Below are positions 8,120-15,325 of a stretch of 18,357 bases of DNA, piece after piece (position 1 is the stretch's first letter; every line of letters starts with the position of its first letter). The stretch comes from an uncultured bacterium. GTDB lineage: Bacteria; Armatimonadota; Hebobacteria; CAIYQO01. The translations under genes and the position numbers were made by a program. The DNA lies in assembly GCA_903928345.1 (NCBI GenBank), contig CAIYQO010000315.1, forward strand, positions 1 to 18,357. The letters run 5' to 3'. Below the pieces are notes generated by a model. The model worked only from the letters and a program-made list of their open reading frames with translations. It did no database searches and was not told the origin of the DNA.

Positions 8120-9271
8120 ATGCTGTCCGGCCGGAGTTTTCGCCTGGGGCGCATCGGCGGCATCACGATCAACATCGACTACACCTGGTTCATCATCTTT
8201 GCACTGTTTGTCTTCCTGCTTGCCACCGCCTACTTCCCCGCGGTGCTGGCGCATGTGCCGCACCCCGCGTCCCCGTTGATGGTGTGGGGCACGGCGGTGC
8301 TCACCAGCGTGCTCTTTTTCGGCTCTGTGCTCGCGCACGAATTGTCCCACTCCTTCGTGGCGCGGCGGCACGGCATCCCCATCAACAGCATCACCCTGTT
8401 TATCTTCGGCGGGGTGGCGCAGATGGAGGACGAGCCGCAGACGCCGGGCGACGAATTCAAGATGGCGATCGCCGGGCCGCTGGCGAGCATTGCCATCGGG
8501 GTGCTCTTCATCATGCTCCTCGCCGGTGCGCACAACGTGCTGCCGCCGCTGGCCAACGCGGCGCTGTGGTATCTGGGCGCCATCAACATCATCCTCGCCG
8601 TCTTCAACCTGTTGCCTGGCTTCCCGCTGGACGGCGGGCGCGTCTTCCGCTCCCTGGTGTGGGCCATCACGCATGACCTGCGCCGCGCCACGCAGATCGC
8701 CTCCATCACCGGGCAGGGGTTCGGGTGGATCTTCATCGTCCTCGGCCTTGCCAGCCTGGTGGTGCCCGTGCTGGGCAAATACATCACGGTGTGGATGGCG
8801 CTGATCGGTTGGTTTTTGGTAAGCGCGGCGCGCAGCAGCTACCAGCAAGTAGTAATGCGCGATACCCTGAGCCACGTGCCGGTGCGCGACGTGATGCACC
8901 CGACCGTGGAGGCCGTGCCCGCCACGCTGTCGGTGCAGCAACTGGTGACGGACTACTTTCTGCGCGGCAGCTCCAGCGCGTTGCCGGTGGAGCTGAACGG
9001 CACGGTGACCGGCGTGGTAGGGGTGGAGGACGTGCAGGCGCTGCCGCGTGACGCGTGGTCGGGCACGCTGGTGAGCGAAATCGCCCGCCCACTCACCCAG
9101 GAGCAAACGCTGCACCCCGACGACGACGCCTGGGCCGCCACCAGCCGCATGGCGCACGGCAACCGCGACCGCGTGCTCATCACCGAAGGCGACCACGTGG
9201 AAGGCATCGTCACCCGCGGCAGCATCCTGCGCTGGTTGCAGACGCATAAGCCGGGGTTCGCGACGGGGTGA
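8120..9271 (+). CDS. site-2 protease family (peptidase M50) membrane metalloprotease with C-terminal CBS domain pair
   Basis: HExxH appears as AHELSHS within a TM region. The second zinc-ligand/LDG motif reads NLLPGFPLDGGRV. There are multiple TM helices. The C-terminal about 130 aa resemble a CBS pair (VRDVMHPTVEAV...; GVVGVEDV...; VEGIVTRGSILRWL). GGAAGGGGG lies 6 nt before the ATG. Confidence 0.85.
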   Translation: MLSGRSFRLGRIGGITINIDYTWFIIFALFVFLLATAYFPAVLAHVPHPASPLMVWGTAVLTSVLFFGSVLAHELSHSFVARRHGIPINSITLFIFGGVAQMEDEPQTPGDEFKMAIAGPLASIAIGVLFIMLLAGAHNVLPPLANAALWYLGAINIILAVFNLLPGFPLDGGRVFRSLVWAITHDLRRATQIASITGQGFGWIFIVLGLASLVVPVLGKYITVWMALIGWFLVSAARSSYQQVVMRDTLSHVPVRDVMHPTVEAVPATLSVQQLVTDYFLRGSSSALPVELNGTVTGVVGVEDVQALPRDAWSGTLVSEIARPLTQEQTLHPDDDAWAATSRMAHGNRDRVLITEGDHVEGIVTRGSILRWLQTHKPGFATG

Positions 9272-9300
9272 GCTTTCCGCCTCTCGCGTGACGTTTATCG

Positions 9301-9355
9301 GTCAGCGTGCCCTCACCCCCCGCCCCCTCTCCCAAAGGGATGAGGGCACGCTGAC
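9301..9355 (+). terminator. 15-bp perfect-stem hairpin with 25-nt C-rich loop, 30 nt after the M50 stop (possible terminator; no U-tract)
   Basis: GTCAGCGTGCCCTCA (9301-9315) pairs with TGAGGGCACGCTGAC (9341-9355). The loop CCCCCCGCCCCCTCTCCCAAAGGGA contains a TCCC/GGGA mini-stem. Confidence 0.4.
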
Positions 9356-9416
9356 GGACAGGCGTCCCAAACAAAACAGCAAAGGCGGTAGTCCCTCTCG
9401 TATAGCAAACATATGC

Positions 9417-9445
9417 TTGACATTGCCCTCCTTTTCTGCTATACT
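9417..9445 (+). promoter_or_regulatory. consensus-like sigma70 promoter (TTGACA-17-TATACT) upstream of the terminase fragment
   Basis: TTGACA at 9417-9422, a 17-nt spacer, then TATACT at 9440-9445. The ORF-track start at 9413 overlaps this promoter, so the real start is probably the ATG at 9515, preceded by GGAGGGGAA. Confidence 0.55.
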
Positions 9446-9514
9446 CCAGCCCTTCCAGGCATGAGGCGGAGGGGCGCCAGTGCCGCGGGGTTCACTTTCG
9501 GGGGGAGGGGAACG

Positions 9515-10249
9515 ATGCGGCAAGAGACGGCGACGCGCCCGTTGACCGATGTGGCGCGGGAGGAGCTGGGGGCGTTCGGCACGCAGGTCTTCGACCTGTG
9601 GCCGGCGGCGCACCACGAGGTGTGGGTGGAGCTGCTAAGCGACCCGCGCCTCAACCGGCTGCTCATCATCGCGCCGCCGGGCCATGCCAAATCCACCTGG
9701 TGCACCATCATCTACCCCGCGTGGCTGGTGGGGCGGCAACCCTCCGTCAATATCCTCCTCGTCTCCGCCACCGCGGCGCAGGCCCGGCTCTTCAGCGCCG
9801 GGGTGCGCGAAGCGGTGGTGGGCAGCCCCGCCTTCGCCGACATCTTCCCGGGTCTCGCGCCCGACCGCAAACGCGGCTGGGGGCAGAACGCGTGGTTCGT
9901 GCAGCGCCCGCCGGATAGCAACAAGGACGCCACTGTGGCCGCCTGCGGGGTAGGCGGGCCGCTCATCGGGCGCCGCGCCGACGTGATCATCGTCGACGAC
10001 CCCTGCGACCAGGCCAACACCACCACCGTAGCGCGCCGCGACAAGCTGTGGCAGTGGTTCCGCCAGACGCTGCTCACCCGTCTGCGCCCCAATGGCCGCG
10101 TGATCGTGGTGATGACCCGCTGGCACGAAGACGACCTGGCCGCCCGCCTGATCCGCAGCGGCGAATTCGCCGTCTGCCACCTGCGCGCCCTCAGCGACGG
10201 CCCCGACGTGCGCGCGACGCTCACCGTGCCGGGGGCGGTGCTGGGGTAG
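9515..10249 (+). pseudogene. phage terminase large subunit, N-terminal ATPase fragment (gene interrupted after the ATPase domain)
   Basis: Walker-A-like LIIAPPGHAKST, Walker B VIIVDDP and the terminase coupling motif TRWHEDDLAARL are present. The frame ends at the TAG at 10247-10249. The rest of the protein continues 128 nt downstream in another frame. Confidence 0.7.
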
Positions 10250-10289
10250 CGGATTGCCACCCCTACCTGTTATCGCCCCCCACCTCCGA

Positions 10290-10324
10290 CCCCTCCCCCG
10301 CAACGTCCTGTGGCGGGGGAGGGG
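10290..10324. repeat. hairpin family B copy 1 (CCCCTCCCCCGC - 11 nt - GCGGGGGAGGGG) inside the terminase-disrupting insert
   Basis: 12-bp perfect stem. The family recurs at 10360-10394 and 11265-11309. Confidence 0.65.
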
Positions 10325-10359
10325 AGAACAGAAATGCGAATAGTTTTCGATAATCATCT

Positions 10360-10394
10360 CCCTTCCCCCGTCACACGATGTTACGGGGGAAGGG
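10360..10394. repeat. hairpin family B copy 2 (CCCTTCCCCCGT - 11 nt - ACGGGGGAAGGG)
   Basis: 12-bp stem with an 11-nt loop. The loop contains the first ATG of the nuclease fragment. Confidence 0.65.
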
Positions 10395-11136
10395 CCGGGG
10401 ATGGGGGGCCGTCTTTCCGAAAGGGTACCAAATGCCGGACATCCTCATCCATCGCCGCGGCCCCGCGTTGTGGCCGGAGGTGTTTCCGCTCAAGCTGCTG
10501 CAGACGTTGAAGCGCGAGTTGGGGTCGCTGCTGTTTGAGACGGTGTACCAGGGGGAGCCGTCGCCGGCGCAAGGCACGGTATTTCAGCGCGGCTGGCTGG
10601 CGAGCTACACGGAGACACCGCGCGCGCTGGAGATCGGCCAAGCGTGGGATACCGCGTTGAAAGGCGGGCAGGAACACGACTACTCCTGCTGCGTGACGGG
10701 CGGGCGCGACGCCGACGGGCGGGTGTTTATCCTGGACGTGTGGCGCGGGCAGGTGGAGGCGCCGGCGCTGGGCCGGCAGGTGCTCATGCTCGCGGAACGG
10801 CACCAGCCGCGCTGGGTGGTGATGGAAGACGCCGGGGCGGGGGCCATGCTGCTGCAACAGATTCGCGGCCGCCGCCTGCCGATGATCCCCGTGACGCCGG
10901 TGAAGGACAAGCGCTTCCGCGCCGGAGTGGTGGCGCCGCTGGTGGAGCGCGGCGACGTGCGCCTGCCCGTCTACGCCCCGTGGCTGGAGGATTTCATGGG
11001 CGAATTACTCGGCTTCCCCGCGGGGCGGCACGACGACCAGGTGGATGCCTTCGTGCACCTGCTCACCCGCTTCGCCGCCCACTCCCCGCTACCCATGACC
11101 GACTGGGGACGCATCCAGCGGCCGGAGGGGTGGTAG
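10378..11136 (+). pseudogene. phage terminase large subunit, C-terminal nuclease fragment
   Basis: The linker/nuclease-domain motifs LWPEVFPLKLLQTLKRELGSLLFETVYQGEP and GRHDDQVDAFVHL (terminase RNaseH-like nuclease) are present. The frame is open from 10354 and differs from that of the ATPase fragment. There is no SD in front and no other phage structural genes in the window. Confidence 0.7.
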
Positions 11137-11187
11137 ATGGGGAATGCAAAGTGAAAAATGGAGAATGGAGAATGCAGAATGGGGGAC
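11118..11187 (+). repeat. about 70-bp direct repeat, copy 1 (GCGGCCGGAGGGGTGGTAGATGGGGAATGCAAAGTGAAAAATGGAGAATGGAGAATGCAGAATGGGGGAC); overlaps terminase last codons + stop; contains tandem NAGAATG heptamers
   Basis: It is about 97% identical to 13462-13532 (1 mismatch, 1 indel). Weaker similarity extends about 25 nt further upstream: the terminase ends ...DWGRIQRPEGW*, and the region before copy 2 reads ...DVRGAIRRPEGW* in frame. Confidence 0.8.
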
Positions 11188-11264
11188 TTACCCCGGCCTC
11201 AGAGGCGTTAGCTACTGTCACGGCTGGTCCGTTCTCCAACCCGACGATAAATCGTCAGTTGGGA

Positions 11265-11309
11265 CCCCCCCTCCCCCGCTAAGACTTGAAGACTTGCGGG
11301 GGAAGGGGG
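11265..11309. terminator. hairpin family B copy 3 (CCCCCCTCCCCCGC - 16 nt - GCGGGGGAAGGGGGG); likely bidirectional terminator between terminase fragment (+) and flotillin (-)
   Basis: 14-bp GC stem followed by CTTTTCC on the plus strand. It lies 8 nt from the flotillin stop. The loop contains AGACTTGAAGACTT. A further small palindrome CCAACCCGACGATAAATCGTCAGTTGG lies at about 11236-11263. Confidence 0.45.
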
Positions 11310-11316
11310 GCTTTTC

Positions 11317-13341
11317 CTACATCCGCGGTGCCGACGGGCCGCCGGACTCATCGCGGGGGTTTTGCGCCGGTTCCGTGCCTTCTACCGTCGTCGTTTCTAC
11401 CACGGACGTCGCTGCTGTACCTATGGGCGTCGTGCCCAGGTATTTCATCAGGGAGGCGGCCAGGCCATCGAGCGATCCACCCCCGCCGGTGACCAGGATA
11501 TCCGGCACGAACTTCATGTTCCCTTCCGCCAGCGCGGTGACGGCGTTCACCAGTGCGGTGGGCGCCTGTCCTAACGCCTGCACTTGCGCCTGGTAGGCTT
11601 TCGCGCGGGCCAATCCCACGGCTTCCACCTCGGCACCCTTGGCGGCGCCGGTTTCACGGATATAGGTGGCTTCGCCGTCCGCTTTGGCTTTCTGCGCGTT
11701 GGCGTTGTTCGTCTCGATATCCACGTTCACCCGCGACTGCGCCAGTTTGGCCTGCATATCCGCGGTACCCTTTGCCTGTTCCATGGAGATGCGCTGCTCT
11801 TCCGCGGCACGCTGTTTTTCGTAGGTCTCGATCTCCTGGAAGGCGATTTCGCGCTGGGTCAGCACGCGCACCATGTCATCGGGGAGGATCACGTCCTGGA
11901 TGTAGACGCCCTTCGTCTCCACCTGGTATTCGGCCAGTTGCGAGGCGATATGCGCGAAGGCTTCCGCCTGCACTTCCTGGCGCGTCTCGATGAACCTGAT
12001 CGCCGGCATGCTCTGCAATTTATCGCGGAAATGGTTGCCCACCGCGGCCTGCAACACTTCGTTGACCAGATTGTACATGGTGCCCACGCTGGAGATCACG
12101 CGCGGGGCCTTGGTGTCGGGCACGTGAATCTGCACCTGCAGGTCGAACTTGAAGACGAAGCCTTCCCGGCTTTTCGCTTCGATGGGCTGCAGGCGGCTGT
12201 CCAGGTTGTGCGCCTGGGAGACCACGTCCGCCCAGTTGATGGTGAGGATGGCCGTGGGCACGATTTCCGCCTGGTAGACGCGCGGATTGATGGGGTATTT
12301 CCCGGTGCGCAACGGCTCCTGCCAGATGCCGCGATGGCCCGGGCGCACCAGACTGCCATATTTGAAATCCACCCCGGAGGTGTCTTTGGTCACCAGGCCG
12401 ACATAGGCCTTGATCACCGCGACTTCGCCCTGCTGCACCACCAGCATCGGCACCATCTCCACGGACACCAGGAAGGGGTTCAGCGCGTAGGCGCCATAGA
12501 GCAGCGGGTCGTGCTGCAAGCCGATTTTGCCGCCATTGGTGAGGAAGGCCTGGAAATCCTGGTAGTTGTTGTGAAGGTTATTCATGTTACCGAGCAGCCG
12601 CTCGATAACTTCCGCGTCGTTCGCTTTGTCATTCTCCATCTTATCGATGTCATCGAAGCCACCCAGGCGGCAGGCGATGTCGCCCGCCGGCAAGGGATCG
12701 CCTTCATAGGCCGTGACGATGCCGATGGCATCCAGCATATTGCCGCCGGGTCCGGTCGGCTGCGGTTGAATGCGCACCAGTTCCAACTGTTCAGGACGCA
12801 AGCCGAAGGATTCCGGCACCAGGCGACGCTGGGCATCCACCTGCAATTGCGACGACGAGATGGGCACGCCATACACCTGCCGTTTGGTGATGACCAGAAA
12901 GCCCACCGGATGAATCGGCATCAAGGTCCCCGGCGGGAAGACGGGACGCTGGACGCCCTTTTGCCCCCCACGCTGAATGAAGGCGCGCAGGTCGCTGAAG
13001 TTGGCGAACTCGTTTTTATAGATGGCGGATTTCGCGCCGATGGGCAAAGATGACCCCACCTGCGCGATCACCACGCCTATCTCGTTGGCCGGCACCTGCA
13101 CCCAGGGGAATTTCTCGATCTTGTAGAGAATGGCCAACTTGAAGCGCAATCCGGGCATGAGGAGATCGGCCTGATAGCCGGCTTCGCCGTGAAAGGCAAT
13201 GGGGTTGTCTTCCATCAGCCGTTTGAAGCTGAAGCGTTTCGTCACCAGGCCGACCTGGGTCGGGCCGATCGAACGGAACGAGAAGAGGAGAATGAGGGCA
13301 ACCGCGATCCCTGCCGCCCACAACAATGTTACAAGATCCAT
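11317..13341 (-). CDS. flotillin-like SPFH/band-7 domain protein (YqiK/FloT-type) with long C-terminal coiled coil
   Basis: It has an N-terminal TM (LLWAAGIAVALILLF), an SPFH-like core, and an extended Ala/Gln/Glu-rich coiled-coil region (EIETYEKQRAAEEQRISMEQAKGTADMQAKLAQSR...AKAYQAQVQALGQA) typical of bacterial flotillins. AAGGAGG lies 7 nt upstream of the ATG. Confidence 0.8.
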   Translation of the reverse strand: MDLVTLLWAAGIAVALILLFSFRSIGPTQVGLVTKRFSFKRLMEDNPIAFHGEAGYQADLLMPGLRFKLAILYKIEKFPWVQVPANEIGVVIAQVGSSLPIGAKSAIYKNEFANFSDLRAFIQRGGQKGVQRPVFPPGTLMPIHPVGFLVITKRQVYGVPISSSQLQVDAQRRLVPESFGLRPEQLELVRIQPQPTGPGGNMLDAIGIVTAYEGDPLPAGDIACRLGGFDDIDKMENDKANDAEVIERLLGNMNNLHNNYQDFQAFLTNGGKIGLQHDPLLYGAYALNPFLVSVEMVPMLVVQQGEVAVIKAYVGLVTKDTSGVDFKYGSLVRPGHRGIWQEPLRTGKYPINPRVYQAEIVPTAILTINWADVVSQAHNLDSRLQPIEAKSREGFVFKFDLQVQIHVPDTKAPRVISSVGTMYNLVNEVLQAAVGNHFRDKLQSMPAIRFIETRQEVQAEAFAHIASQLAEYQVETKGVYIQDVILPDDMVRVLTQREIAFQEIETYEKQRAAEEQRISMEQAKGTADMQAKLAQSRVNVDIETNNANAQKAKADGEATYIRETGAAKGAEVEAVGLARAKAYQAQVQALGQAPTALVNAVTALAEGNMKFVPDILVTGGGGSLDGLAASLMKYLGTTPIGTAATSVVETTTVEGTEPAQNPRDESGGPSAPRM

Positions 13342-13461
13342 CGTACGCCTCCTTATACCTTGCGTGTAACACGTTTAACTAACTTCGACGCCTCCGGCGG
13401 GGGTTCCTGCTTCCAGTATGCCGACATCCAGTCGGCGCGTGGATGTCAGGGGGGCCATTCG

Positions 13462-13532
13462 GCGGCCGGAGGGGTGGTAGGTGGGGAATGCAAAGTGAAA
13501 AATGGAGAATGGAGAATGCAGAATGGGGGGAC
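13462..13532 (+). repeat. about 70-bp direct repeat, copy 2 (same orientation as 11118-11187)
   Basis: See copy 1. It lies in the spacer between the two minus-strand genes, upstream of the flotillin start. Confidence 0.8.
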
Positions 13533-13550
13533 AACCGCACCCCGTTCGAC

Positions 13551-13578
13551 ATTTTCCATTCTCCATTGTGCATTGCCG
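13551..13578. repeat. inverted partial copy of the NAGAATG heptamer array (CATTTTCCATTCTCCATTGTGCATTGCC)
   Basis: Its reverse complement GGCAATGCACAATGGAGAATGGAAAATG matches AATGCA.A.TG.A.AATGGA.AATG in 13485-13525. With the 25-nt spacer (containing GGGGTGCGGTTGTCCCC) it can form a long imperfect stem-loop just 3' of the 13589..14425 gene on the minus-strand transcript. Confidence 0.55.
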
Positions 13579-13588
13579 CAACGCGACC

Positions 13589-14425
13589 CTATTTTTTCAC
13601 CAGCGTCGACTTGCTGCGGGTGTATTGCAGGTCGACGGTGGCTTTGCGGTGTTCCAGTTGGGCGAGGCTGAGTTCGATGATCTCCTCGGCCTCGTAGGTG
13701 CTCATGGTGCCGACGGTGACCATGTCGCAGTCGCGCAGGGTGTTCCACACGAAGGCCATGCCGGTGGGGGGCAGCAGACGGCCCGCGGCGAGGGGCTTGA
13801 TGGTCATCACGGGGCATTTGGCGTTCTGGATGGTTTGCCCAATCCAGTCCGTCTCCACCTGGCACAGGAAGCCGGCGGCGTTGTACGGGGTGATGTACGT
13901 TGCCACGTCGGCGTCGCAATTGTCGGCGCAGAGGATCGCCTCCGGGTTGTGCGAACTCAGGCCGGGCACCAGCCCCATGGCGCGCACGATGCGCAGCAGC
14001 TCCGCCAAATCCGGCGCTAGGCAGGTATTCACGCGGTCGAGCCGTGGGTCGGTGGTGCACTGGTGCGGAAAACAGAAGGTGGCGCCGAAGTCGATGCACT
14101 CCTGCACGGTGCGTTTCCAACCGTCGTAGCCGCCTGACATCTCCCAGTGCGGCGTGCACACCCAGAGCATCCGCTCGCCGGTGCGCTGCTCCACCTCGCG
14201 CAGCGCGTCGGCGGTGAAGACGCTCTGCATGCTCATGAAGGCGTTGCAGCCGGCGCGCGCGAAGACTTCGATCACGTCGGCCATCTTCTTCGGCGTGTCG
14301 AACATCTCCTTGATCAGCCGATCCTTGGCGCGACTGGTGTGGGAGAAGCCCAGGAACCAGTTGCTGCCGCAGATCAGCCGCGGCATGGAGACCCCACCGA
14401 CATCGGTGCGTGGAAACCCACTCAT
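13589..14425 (-). CDS. hypothetical Cys-rich soluble protein (13 Cys; no family recognised)
   Basis: The long ORF shows coding-like composition. The start was chosen at the internal ATG (MSGFPRT...), which has GAGAAGGGGGC immediately upstream. Candidate motifs are PRLICGSNWFLGFSH, FCFPHQCTTD and ILCADNCDAD. I could not assign it to a known family from memory. Confidence 0.55.
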   Translation of the reverse strand: MSGFPRTDVGGVSMPRLICGSNWFLGFSHTSRAKDRLIKEMFDTPKKMADVIEVFARAGCNAFMSMQSVFTADALREVEQRTGERMLWVCTPHWEMSGGYDGWKRTVQECIDFGATFCFPHQCTTDPRLDRVNTCLAPDLAELLRIVRAMGLVPGLSSHNPEAILCADNCDADVATYITPYNAAGFLCQVETDWIGQTIQNAKCPVMTIKPLAAGRLLPPTGMAFVWNTLRDCDMVTVGTMSTYEAEEIIELSLAQLEHRKATVDLQYTRSKSTLVKK

Positions 14426-14458
14426 AATGCCCCCTTCTCGAGACAGGACTGACACCCG

Positions 14459-14487
14459 ATTTTACCGGAGTTTGCCGCCGCTGTCAC
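14459..14487 (-). promoter_or_regulatory. candidate sigma70 promoter for the 13589..14425 gene (GTGACA-17-TAAAAT on minus strand)
   Basis: The reverse complement of 14482-14487 is GTGACA and of 14459-14464 is TAAAAT, with a 17-nt spacer. The TSS would lie about 27 nt upstream of the ATG. Confidence 0.45.
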
Positions 14488-14677
14488 CCCCCGCGGCAGA
14501 GTTTTCCACACCCCGACGGACGCGAAAGGGGGACAAATCACGCTCGCGGCTTGCTTGGTCTACGAGGGAGCACTGCGTTATCCACTGAGCGCCTGTGGAA
14601 AAAGTTAGGGCTTCTTGTGGAAGAAAGCGCACAAATTGGGGAGAAGTGCGACAGAAAAAACGCGTTTGGGGCTTGAC

Positions 14678-14709
14678 TCGACATTGACGTGGGGGATGTC
14701 TCGTATAAT
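14678..14709 (+). promoter_or_regulatory. candidate promoter for the response regulator (perfect TATAAT at 14704-14709; -35 candidates TCGACA/TTGACG at non-ideal spacing)
   Basis: CTTGACTCGACATTGACGTGGGGGATGTCTCGTATAAT. The -10 is perfect, but the spacers are 20 and 13 nt. Confidence 0.3.
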
Positions 14710-14756
14710 AACCATGTCAGCGGGAATTAGGACCCCGCTGAAGGGAGGTGTCCCTG

Positions 14757-15152
14757 ATGCGGCACACAGTACTGGTGATAGACGACCAATGGTCCATGCA
14801 AGAGCTGGCTCGCATTGTCCTGCAGACCGCGGGGTTCCGCGTGCTGTTGGCGGGCGACGGCGCCACCGGTCTCAGCCTCGCGCGTACGGAACACCCGGAT
14901 GCCATTCTCCTCGATCTGCGCATGCCCGGCCTCGACGGCCTGGACGTGTTGCGCGTGTTGCGCCAACAGGCGGGCACGGCGGAGATTCCGGTGCTGCTCA
15001 TCACGCCCGATGCCGGCGAAGAGGCCCAGGCGGCCGAACGCCGCGCCGGCACGGCGGAGATCCTGCGCAAGCCCTTCCACCCCCCCGAGCTGCTGCGCGG
15101 CGTGCAAAACCTGCTCGCCCGCCCCACGCTGCCGGTAGCGATGACGGGGTGA
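14757..15152 (+). CDS. stand-alone CheY-like response regulator receiver domain protein
   Basis: REC residues are present: VLVIDD (acidic pocket), LLDLRMPGLDG (phospho-acceptor Asp), LLIT (Thr) and LRKPF (Lys). There is no output domain. AAGGGAGG lies 8 nt upstream of the ATG at 14757. Confidence 0.85.
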   Translation: MRHTVLVIDDQWSMQELARIVLQTAGFRVLLAGDGATGLSLARTEHPDAILLDLRMPGLDGLDVLRVLRQQAGTAEIPVLLITPDAGEEAQAAERRAGTAEILRKPFHPPELLRGVQNLLARPTLPVAMTG

Positions 15153-15170
15153 CCGGTCGCCGACATGCAC

Positions 15171-15325
15171 TTTGGGAGGGCGAGTGTACCCGCGAGCCGC
15201 GCGCGTATGCTCCGCGTTGAAAGCAGAAATGGTCTGTACGTGTGACCGCTCACACGTACAGACCATTCGCGTGTTTCTCTGCGATTGCCTCGCACGCGGC
15301 TCGCGGGTACGCTCGCCCTCCCAAA
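15171..15325. mobile_element. MITE-like / structured element: 31-bp terminal inverted repeats (1 mismatch) enclosing a perfect 14-bp-stem hairpin
   Basis: The left arm TTTGGGAGGGCGAGTGTACCCGCGAGCCGCG (15171-15201) pairs with the right arm CGCGGCTCGCGGGTACGCTCGCCCTCCCAAA (15295-15325). The inner hairpin is GTCTGTACGTGTGA ccgc TCACACGTACAGAC (15232-15263). It starts 19 nt after the response-regulator stop. No target-site duplication is obvious. Confidence 0.4.

Noticed and set aside
7979-9247. 422-aa minus-strand ORF antisense to the M50/CBS protease gene
   Set aside because: Same high-GC artefact. The plus-strand gene has HExxH and LDG motifs and TM helices, and the antisense product has no recognisable features.
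10197-10480. Target-site duplication around the terminase-disrupting insert (PDVRA... versus PDILI...)
   Set aside because: The apparent amino-acid resemblance is not supported at the nucleotide level, so it is probably coincidental.
11141-11190. Tiny ORFs inside the NAGAATG arrays (for example MGNAK, MENGECRMG; ORF-track 11144..11596 and 13443..13697)
   Set aside because: They are generated by the ATG-containing heptamer repeat itself. There is no SD, the translations are low-complexity, and the two copies are not conserved as proteins.
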